DNA of 33,157 bases from Bipalium vagum (lineage: Eukaryota): assembly GCA_037834085.1 (NCBI GenBank), contig JBBMKC010228313.1, forward strand, positions 1-33,157, in the 5' to 3' direction. Both the position numbers and the translations under genes were made by a program. Of this stretch, positions 23,617 through 33,157 are shown in pieces (positions within the stretch are counted from its first letter, which is position 1; each line of letters begins with the position of its first letter). Under the pieces are notes generated by a model. The model made no database searches, was not told the origin of the DNA, and worked only from the letters and a program-made list of their open reading frames with translations.

Positions 23617-24714
23617 TATATATTGATTCTATGATCACACTAAAATCATGGATCAAATAAATCGTTTCTTTCAAAACTTTTCTCATCTTAGATTTTTAAA
23701 TATGGTAATACAAAAAATTGATTGTTTATTCAGAAATCTACTGAGTAAGGAGTAACATTTTCTTTTTATATTAGGTATACTTAAGTTCAGTAATTTAAAT
23801 TTCGTACAAAAATTTTTTTTGGTTTTTGCCCGTAAATTAAATATTTAATTTAGTGTTAAGTTAACTTAGAGATTCTATAAATTTAAAAATTAAAATAAAC
23901 GTAATTAAATTATTAATTATAAAATGCAACTCTTATGTGATCATAGTAGTTAATTATGCATATAGAAAATTATAATTGACTTTTCAAAATTTTGTCTTTA
24001 TTTCATGGAAATTTGGATGATATTTTTAATCAAGGTTATACAATCTGTACTTTATAAATTTCAAAATTAAAAATATTTCTATTCTTTTATTATTCTTCTG
24101 TTTAATTATAATATAATATAATAATAATGTTTAATAATAATTATTTAATTAAATTTTCGGGAATCGAACTCTTGCAGGAATTTATATAAGCAGCTCATAA
24201 TTTCCATTCACTTATTTAAAGGGGTTAGATTTATAGAATTAAAAATAATAAATCCCCCCATTTCCTAAAGTCTCATAGGAACTGGTAAATAATGTAGCAC
24301 TTGTTAAAACAAACTGAGTTCACTCAATCACTCCATTAGTCATAAATGCAACAAACAGTCATCTATGTATATTCAGTAATCAAATTTTGTTTGTAAATAA
24401 ACCATAATTAAATTGCCCAAAGTTTGCGAACAATTAAAATTTGTTAACAGATAATGGGCAGGAAATTGATGTTGTCATACCATTAAATTATATAGCTTGT
24501 AACTATTAATAAATGATATAACCCATAATCTTTCATAGAATCGCGGCATACTGACAGACCACTGGAAATATTTCCTTCCTCACATCCATAATAATACCTT
24601 ACTGTGTTAATTAATTTATCAAAAATTGTCTTGAAAATCTCCGATTCTCCAAGACACACGGCACGAATTAATGACATAATGTAATTTCCATATGAGAAAA
24701 CAAGTTAATTTATC

Positions 24715-24723
24715 AGCCAATCA
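24715..24723 (+). promoter_or_regulatory. Candidate CCAAT (NF-Y) box
   Basis: AGCCAATCA lies about 130 bp upstream of the inferred start codon. This is a motif match only and the TSS is unknown. Confidence 0.3.
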
Positions 24724-24849
24724 AATGGTGAACAGAAATGATATAATTAACTAATGAAAATCGCATTTAATTATTGTTCAAAGAATTGTTTAAATAAGTT
24801 ATTTATAATTAAAACTGACATGGCAAAAAATTCGGTTTCATGAAGTAAA

Positions 24850-24898
24850 ATGAGACTGTTTTTTATCTTAGTTTTGGACCTTTATTACTGTCGTGTGG
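24850..24898 (+). CDS. Coding exon 1 (signal peptide) of a discoidin/F5/8C-domain protein
   Basis: The start context is AAAATG. It reads MRLFFILVLDLYYCRV plus 1 nt, followed by the consensus donor G|GTAAGT. Phase 1 matches the acceptor at 32485 and gives ...CRVVWS-HRC, a plausible signal peptidase site. Confidence 0.7.
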
Positions 24899-26229
24899 GT
24901 AAGTATAATTATTTTTTTATTAAATTATTTCATACATTATTAATTTAAAAAATTTAAGATTAGGTTTTCATTAATAATTTCAGGATTAATATTAATTAAT
25001 TATAATTAAATTTTTAATTAAAACTTTTTATTACATTTAAATAAATTTTAACTTAAAATGAGTATTTGAATGGTTTAGATTAAGCACTATTTTTATAATT
25101 TATTTATTTGAAGTCTATTGCAGTTTAATTTCAGATAAATGTTTTTCTAAGAAATTTAAATGAAGTAAATGATTTTAAAGAAATTTTAATATTTAGTGTT
25201 TTAATATTAATTCTAATCGTTAACATGTTATCGTTAATTTTTATTATCAAATTTCAATTTTATTCATCTGGTTTATTTAATATTCTAATATAAAATTAAC
25301 AAAGCATCTCATATGGGAAATGTAATTAAATATTTTTCCAGGGTTATTCTCAACCTTTGAGGAATGTGGGTTTTGAAATAAATCTATTTGTTATATTGAT
25401 AAGCTTTGCTAGCGGATGTTATATGTCTAGACGATGTCAATGATTAATTTAAATTATATATAAATACTTTTGTTACGAATACTTTTATTTGATCAAGAAA
25501 CTTGTTAGAGTCATTATATAAACCTTTTTAATTTTCGTCTTAGAAAAGTATGATGTATAATTGATTATTAATTAAGAATATTAATATCTAGTTCATTATT
25601 GATAAAAATGATATATAATTCTGTTTTTGTAATTTTTCATTATTATTTTCTGAAAAAAATTGTAAAAATTAATATGAACTATTTCTTTTATACAACTAAG
25701 GCAAGTGAAATAAGACTGGTGTATTATTTAGATTTTACTTTTGATCTTTTTTTGTTTTACAATTGATCTTTTTTGATGTTACAATTCCATTAAGTCATGG
25801 TAAAATCAAAATTGTGTATTGTAAAATATAATTTACCAGAAGGCTTAAATTTCCAAATTAATAAAATATTTTTAAAAATTTTATGAAATTAAAAATTATA
25901 AACGTGTAATATTACAGAAATTTAAGAAAATTAAGAAAAACGGTAATATTAGGCAATTGAAATTTAGTTATATATTAAATAAAATATAACGTCTTGTATA
26001 AATGTAAACATTGAAATTCAATCTATTAACGAAAAATACTTTAATAAAATTCCAATAATCTTTTAAAATTTTTGAAAATTAAAGGTTTAGATCAATTTTA
26101 AAAATTTTAAAATCGATAATTAAATTATTATTTTAATAATTAAATTAATAATAAATTTTTCAAATTCATTCTTTTAAAATTGGATTTATTAATTTTTTTT
26201 ATAATTTATAATTAATAATTATTTTTATA

Positions 26230-26232
<3 letters not shown>

Positions 26233-26262
<30 letters not shown>
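26233..26262. repeat. (TA)n microsatellite
   Basis: About 15 TA units. Confidence 0.95.
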
Positions 26263-26265
<3 letters not shown>

Positions 26266-28453
26266 GGGTTTGAAAATTATTTTTAATGGATCTTTCATAA
26301 ACAATGATAATTTTCTTTATAAAAATCATTTATATATTAAAAAGATAAATTTACCATTTTTTGAATTTCTAAAAATTCGAATTATTTTTTAATTTATGAA
26401 TGATAATTATAATTGTAACATAATGTTATAACAATTTTAATGATTTTGATAATTATTTTTGCAATAAAACTTTACATATGAGATGAATTTTAATTTTAAA
26501 TCATTTTATTCTATAATTGATGAAAGATATTTATTAAACATACATTTTTATATTTTAAATGTTTTAAATAATTATGGTGAAATGATGAAATATCTTCCAA
26601 GTAATTTTTAAAATTATTAATTGCCTAATTAGATTTTAATGTAAAATAATAATCAACCTTTCGTCATTTTTTTCTTTTGTATACGTTTTTTAAAAAATCT
26701 ACTTTTTTAGAAATCTTGTTTATTTTCCATTAGCGATTAAATCTGATTTTATTTCCATTTTAAATATTGAGGGTCAAATGTAAGAGAAATCACTTTAAAT
26801 TAAATATTCATCATTTTTGTTTCATTAAAAATTATTTTCCTATGATATCTAAATGATTCATAATTTACGGTATTCAAAGAACAGAAAATAATATTTAATA
26901 TAATATTAATTATGTTATTTTCCTTGAAAATGTAAAAAATAACATAATAATATCAAAATTAATAACTAATGCTTATAAATTTTAAGGTTAAGCAAATTTT
27001 TTTACTTGACCAACTTTGCATTATAATTCTTTTTCAGAATTGCATAACATTTTTTCTTCATATTTTGATATTTTTTCGTTTTATTCTTTAATTAATTATT
27101 CTCGGTATCAGTAAATTATTTAATCAATAATATTCGTAATTCGCATCTATTTTTGATGGAATTTTTTTTCGTTAATTGTCATCATTATAATATACCATCC
27201 TCTGAAGAGTTTCCACTATCATTTAATGGCTCATCACAAAGAAAAATGATATTACACAGACTTAGACTATTCAAAATTAACCAAGTGGAATGAGAGGGGA
27301 AATGCAGAAAATTATTCAACCAAAACAGAAAATAATTAATATTTTTCTTATATATTGATTAAATATCGAGTAAAATAATTAATAATAAAATAATAATTAA
27401 TAACAATATTGAATGATAGATAGTAATCATAATAACAATAACATTGTATAATAATGATAATAAATAATTTACATTCAAAGATCAGACTGGAATCTTTAAA
27501 TATGATATCAATTATAAAAGTATATCATATTTCAAGAAAATATTTTCTTAAAGAATTAAAATTCCTCTTCACTTTAATTCACCGAAATAAATATTAATTG
27601 GATCATGTTGTGCATAATAAAATTTGGAATCTGTATGATCTGTACATTCTCATTTTTAATGAATAATCAACTGCAGATCTGACCAGAGGTTGCGTGATTA
27701 CTTTAATATTGATATTTCCGTCCACATATTTTCTTCTCATAATAAATTGTTTTTTTTGAAATGTTAGAAAAAGTCTTTAATAATAAGTTAACTATGTTGT
27801 CTTAGGTTAAAATATGTATTTTATATTTATGAATTTCTAAGAAATGTTAATGAAATTCTATATATATATATAATCTTGAAAAGAGTCACTATAATACTAA
27901 TTTACTTTAAAGCCATGATTAAATGGTAAAAACTTGACGAACGTACTTAATCAGATTTTTATTAAGTGAAAATTAGTAAATTATAATTTTTGTTTTATTA
28001 TATAAACCTAACAATAATAATCAATAAAGTGACTTAATTTAGAACTACAATTCTTTAAAAAAGGGTTGATCTTTAAAGTATTGTGTTCATGAAATATTTA
28101 CGCAAAAATGAATTTTTTCAATAATATTTTTTAAAAAATTCATATCAATTATCAATAATAATTTAAAAGCATTTCTTCACTGTGTTAACGTTAATTGAAG
28201 TTTGACCATTTGAAATGAAAATATTTGCCTTATGTTGTCAGAATCACTCTTCCAGCCTACCAATGAGTCTATGTTTAGCTCTCTATTTTTTAACCTAAAA
28301 TTATTGAATAGAACAGTAATAATTCATGTTATGTTTAATGAATACCTATTTAATTAAATATTTATTTTCACACACGTTACCAAATCTAAATGATAGTGTA
28401 TGTTCACTTTTAAAAGACCATTTCAGAATTGTTATTGTTTAATTTTAATATTA

Positions 28454-28632
28454 CCGTATTTTATAGAAAATAACCTCGAATTATATTCGAGTATCTACGG
28501 TATGAACACAACGTGATACATTGCATAAATACATCCATTACATTGGTTAAAACTGCTCTTATATAAGCCGACCCCATTTTTTTCATCAAATTTTATAGAA
28601 AAAAACCTCGACTTATATTCGAGTATCTACGG
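28454..28632. mobile_element. Tc2/pogo-like MITE remnant(s) with CCGTA...TACGG termini and a duplicated right end
   Basis: TA|CCGTA at 28454 and TACGG|TA at both 28500 and 28632. A 45-bp direct repeat at 28458-28502 and 28590-28634 has 2 mismatches. An internal TATAAGCCGAC motif is present. Confidence 0.7.
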
Positions 28633-30099
28633 TAAATTAATTCACATTTTAAAAATATAAATTTTACCCATCAACATTTCGGTTTAAAAATGTAAATGTA
28701 AAGAAATCAAAATATTAATTAATTGATATCCTATTGATAGATTACTTTTTTATTAATTAATAATTGATTATATGATTAAATATACCATTATTAAATTAAT
28801 CAATTCAGTTTATTTTATATTTAAATCAAAACTAATTCAAAAACACTGTAAAAAATAATGTACTATTTTTTAAAACACACAAAAGAGTTGAATTTATGAC
28901 TTGATAATGTTCGTCTTAACATAACTCGAAAGTTGAAAAAACCCTTTTGGAATTCATTGAAAATAATATAACTCAACAGATAACTGTCTTTTCTTATACA
29001 TGTGTATAAACAGTTATTATCGACAAAAGTATTTTATTGATATTTTTTCCTAAAGTCAATATGAAATTATTATCTAAGCAAACCAATGCCTATAACGAGC
29101 CCTGTTTGTATTCATTTTAAAAACGTTTATTACGTTTTACTTTTTACGTATTTGAAATAAGTCAAAAATATAATTTCATAATTTGCAAATTATGTATTAA
29201 AAATGAGAAATTGGAAATTAATCTCATTTGAGAACAAAAGTATGTTAAAAGAGATTAATGTTTAAATGACTTATATCTGCAGTATTAATGAAGAATTAGG
29301 ATTTTTTTCTTTTGCAATGTGAACATAATTTTTCTCGAAAAGTGAATATGGGTTAAAAGAAGTTCACTATATAATTTGTAAGTAAACATTTTTTATTATA
29401 ATTAGCTGAAGTTCATATTTATATTTTCGTTAAACATTACTTTTAATAATTTCTGGGTATTACGAAATTGACTATTAGAAATCTTGTTTTTTGGTAAATT
29501 AAGTCTAGAATTTCGCATCAGTCTAATTTTTGTATAATAATTTTGTTTAAACGCGACTGAATCATATTTTATATTTCTAGGAATTTATTTTAGTTATATT
29601 ATTATAGATTTTTAAGAAAGATTAAATTATAAGAAGATGGAAATTCATCTGTTATTAACAGCGTGAAAACTATAGGACTCTGTCAGAAAACAATAATATT
29701 TTTCCTTTGAATTATATCATTTTCCTAAATGTGAAAATTTGAAAAATAGTTGGCATTAATACTAATAAAATTATTATTAAAAGTATTCTGAATTGTGTGA
29801 TTCTTATACCACCTTATGAATACATAATGAATAATTTATGCACTTCTCTGGTAAATTTTCGTATTCAACAATAAACTAACTGCTTAAAATGAAAAGAAAT
29901 TCTCATAGTAAAGAAGATAGCATTTCGTTTGAATCATTTTAGTATTTTTTTCATCACAAGTTTTTGTCTCCTATTATTTTCTCTCTACTCGTCATATCTC
30001 TTCAATTGTAATAAATGTTCTTTATTTTTTCTGTGTAAAATTTAAAAATATATCCAAATAAATTAAATTGTAAAACATTCATTGAGATGGCTTATAATG

Positions 30100-31073
30100 C
30101 AGGGTGTGTGTAAAGTAAATATCCGATTTTAAAATGAAATACGATACAATATATTGAACATGACACTGAAAACTTTTGACACAGTAACATTTGTTTATTA
30201 AAATTTAATATTTTTTAGAGAATGATCGTAAACTTTAATACACGTGTAAGCTTTTATAAAAGTCGTGAATAACATTTTGGCAAATTTCCACCTTTTAGGT
30301 CTTGGATATATTTTGTTGGTTGTCATATCTGTTTAAGAAAAGGTTCCTTCATAAGTGAAAACAAAGTTTTGAAGAAAAGATTGATGATTGTCTGTTTCAT
30401 GAATTATTTCATTTCCTTCGCATATTGCAATTCTTTTACCATAGTCTTCGTCATGTAACTTATGAATAATTTGAATGTTGTATGGATTTAAGTTGAAGAT
30501 CTTTTCTTGCTACAATTTTTATGGCTTTAATACTGCATTCTGCTTTCAGTTTTATTGATGTCTCGGTTGCTTCTTCATAAATCTAAATTATTTCACATAT
30601 TTTTATTGTTCAATTGATGGTTTCCCAGACTTGAAAAAATCAAATACTCCCGATCTCTTTGAATTCTGCTTGATACTGCTTTAACATCTTTTCTACATTA
30701 CCGACTTATTCCCTAGTGACTTCTATTCTCACACGTCTAAAAGGCTAAAGATTTGAAAAAAGATGAATTGGATCTTAGCGCTGAAGAATTCTTTGAAAAT
30801 TGTTCATATTTTTTTAAAAATTATTTCTATTCGTTGGCAATATCTTATTGAGATCTTAAGAAGCTATATCGAAAAATGAATTATATTTTGCTACTAATAT
30901 AATTGTTTCTTCTCTTTCTTTCTATATACTTTTTCACATCAATACGTATCTTCCTCATTGTTGTATTCATCTTTTTCCATTTTCAATGTTTTAAATACCG
31001 TGTGACTAATGTAACTGATTCCATCTTAGCTACCAGTAAAATAATTTTTTACTCTTTCTTCAATGAATAACAT
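30100..31073 (-). mobile_element. rosa/DD41D-like Tc1/mariner element, decayed, intronic and antisense to the host gene
   Basis: Terminus CAGGGTGTGTG at 30100. The minus strand from ATG 31073 reads MLFIEERVKIILLVAKMESVT..., then FKEIGS, KSGKPS, NPYNIQIIHKLHDEDYGKRIAICE and FLQNFVFT(Y)EGTF, NQQN. This is the PYKIQ...D...R...FL..I.FSDEA.F..N.QN pattern. Most of the catalytic domain is deleted, so the family call rests on these motifs. Confidence 0.75.
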
Positions 31074-32484
31074 TATTAAAATTTGAATTTTGAGAAGAAG
31101 CCTCCACACGATAACTTAATATATTCATTATTGTTATTATTATCATTAACATTATTTACCTTACATAAACTTTTCTTGTGTTGTGTAGTATTTCTTCTAA
31201 TAAATGTTTAGCGGATCGAACTTGGTTTCCAATCCAATATATTCTTGAACAGTCATGTTAATTAATTTTAATTCAGAAAAAAATTGTTAAAGAAATAAAA
31301 AAATCTAGTTAGAAATTTTATAGCCGATGTAACTCAAAATATTAAATTTCTGACGTAATCGATATTTTTGAAGAAAATTATCACAGAATTAAATTTCATT
31401 CCATATTTTCCAAGTTTCACAAAGTATGTACGATCCAATAATATGAATATATATAACGAGTAAAATCGGAAATCATAGAACGTTATATCAATTTTAAGAA
31501 AAGGACTTTACAATATCTTGATAGTATCAGTAACGATCCTTGTGAATTGACAAATATAATATAAATATATCATACAAAGAAAAAATATTTTAAATAATTC
31601 CATACACAAATATCGTTCGTATTTCCCCAATTTTGTATTATTTATAGCTTATATGGTATTTTAATCATTTTTATTTTATACTTATTTAATTTTCTTTTAT
31701 AATTATCGTAAAAATTTTTAATATAACAAATATTTGTGTAAGATCTTTGAAAAACCGTTCTACAACTATTGAAACTGATAAAATGCATGGACTCCATTGT
31801 GAATTATGATTTTTAATCCATTAGTGATAGAAAAGGAAATAACCTTTATATATTGTTGTTAATTGACATCTGTAAATTGATTTTAAGTTTTGTTTTAATG
31901 AACCTCTATCATTTTTCTGAGAAAATCATTAATTTTTTCATGATTGTAAATAAACAAAACAACAGATTGATAAAATATTATCTGTTTTCCTCATATTTTA
32001 AACCTTTACTTAGTCGAAAAAGTATTGTGGTATTTAACTTTTCTCGTCAAATAAAATAATTTTATAACTAAAATAAATCAATTTTTTTATTTTCAATATT
32101 GAAAAAAATAAGTTTTATCGATTAATTTAATTTACGTAATTAAAATATTTGCTTTAGCTGATGATGGCTAAGAGGATTAGATCTATTTTTATTGTTTCTA
32201 CCCATTTGACCGTACTTACATTTCAGAACTTTATATGACAACAGAAATACGAATTGAGTTTAGTGATGGATTATGATTTCATTTATTTAATAACTGCGAG
32301 CGTCATTTGAGAAGAATGGTTTGAGAATTAATCATGAAAAAATCGTCAAACTTCACTTTTACATTAAAAACAAAATGAACATGTTAATATTATAATTGAA
32401 TATACATATATTTATTGCACTATGATTAATAACACATGTACAGTTTCAATGTTGCTTGTCTTTATCGTTTTTATTTTACTTTAG

Positions 32485-32590
32485 TGTGGTCCCATAGATG
32501 CAAGGAGATCAATAATCTTATAAATGAATTGCCTAATGACGCTTTTACCAGCAGTAGTCATAAGGACAATTATTACCCATATCAAGCTCG
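32485..32590 (+). CDS. Coding exon 2: N-terminus of an F5/8 type C (discoidin) domain, Caspr/Neurexin-IV-like; the gene continues beyond the window
   Basis: A polypyrimidine tract precedes the TTTAG| acceptor and the donor is CG|GTAAGT. The 106-nt exon reads (V)WSHRCKEINNLINELPNDAFTSSSHKDNYYPYQAR. This matches the C...L...LP..AF.SSS......P..AR start of discoidin domains (compare CNTNAP-type CDEPLVSGLPHVAFSSSS). Confidence 0.8.
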
Positions 32591-33087
32591 GTAAGTTTTC
32601 CTGGTTAATTAGTATGAGTAATCTTTATTATTATCAATTTTATTAATGCAACTGACGCGTAAAAGCTTAATAAAACTTAATGTTAAATGTTTTTGTCAAA
32701 TTCTTTCTATTAGGTTTCTTTTAAGTATTACTAATAATATCTAGGGTTTGTATTATCAATTATTTTTAGTATTTTTATTTTTTTTTAAATTTTTTTTAAT
32801 CTTTTATTTAATTTAATATTTGAATCGTTGTTAAAGACTTAATATTTTAAATTTGTGTACTCATAATGGCTACTTAATCATCCATAACATTTGTTTTTTC
32901 TAATAATTAATTTGACTTTTTAAGAAACATAGAAAGACATGATGAAAATGAAAACTTTTATAGACAAATAGTTTTAACTAAAAAATATTTAATAAATTGC
33001 GAAATATTCGTGAATTTTATTATAAACAAAAAAATTTGAAAATCTAAAATTAAGAAATAAAATCTGTAGTTATTCAGATTATTATCA

Positions 33088-33157
<70 letters not shown>
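33088..33157. repeat. (AAT)n microsatellite running off the window end
   Basis: At least 23 perfect AAT units. Confidence 0.97.

Noticed and set aside
24483-24677. 64-aa minus-strand ORF as a divergent gene
   Set aside because: It has no recognisable domain and no supporting downstream exons. It is explained by locally higher GC in the presumed promoter region, but cannot be fully excluded without RNA data.
28458-28634. 45-bp direct repeat as a mini-CRISPR
   Set aside because: There are only two units, and they end in a TACGG|TA transposon terminus. No cas genes are present.
32436-32594. In-frame ATG at 32436 (MYSFNVACLYRFYFTLVWS…) as the true start
   Set aside because: The extension lies in a typical polypyrimidine tract ending in TTTAG. 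The phase-matched exon at 24850 gives a better signal peptide.
1-33157. Prokaryotic or phage system (CRISPR, defence island, retron, operon)
   Set aside because: No ORF is longer than 107 aa, and there is no regularly spaced repeat-spacer array or operon structure. The window has spliceosomal signals and eukaryotic TE families.
1-33157. Alternative genetic code (stop reassignment) explaining the lack of ORFs
   Set aside because: The transposase remnants contain TAA, TAG and TGA as well as frameshifts and deletions, which is ordinary pseudogene decay.
33088-33157. Terminal repeat as a telomere
   Set aside because: (AAT)n is a common microsatellite rather than a G-rich telomeric repeat, and it lies in the presumed intron 2.

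Overview
This is very AT-rich eukaryotic DNA, probably from an invertebrate animal. It is not a prokaryotic locus: I found no operons, rRNA, tRNA or CRISPR array. Positions 1 to about 23.6 kb are dense with decayed transposons: Tc1 (DD34E), mariner (Mos1-like, plus a Himar1-like ITR), maT (DD37D), a pogo-like MITE, Sola1, a Polinton/Maverick-type integrase, a probable Gypsy pol tail, and several unclassified dispersed repeats. From about 24.85 kb a spliced host gene begins on the + strand that the ORF track misses. Its signal-peptide exon (24850-24898) joins in phase 1, across a 7.6-kb GT-AG intron, to an exon (32485-32590) encoding the start of an F5/8 type C (discoidin) domain. This resembles the N-terminus of Caspr/Neurexin-IV proteins. 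That intron holds a Tc2/pogo-like MITE and a rosa (DD41D)-like element. Almost all ORF-track entries are chance ORFs or pieces of dead transposases. I see no convincing evidence for a wholly new biological system. The best candidates for undescribed elements are the unclassified repeat families listed in the findings. All alignments and translations were done by eye.
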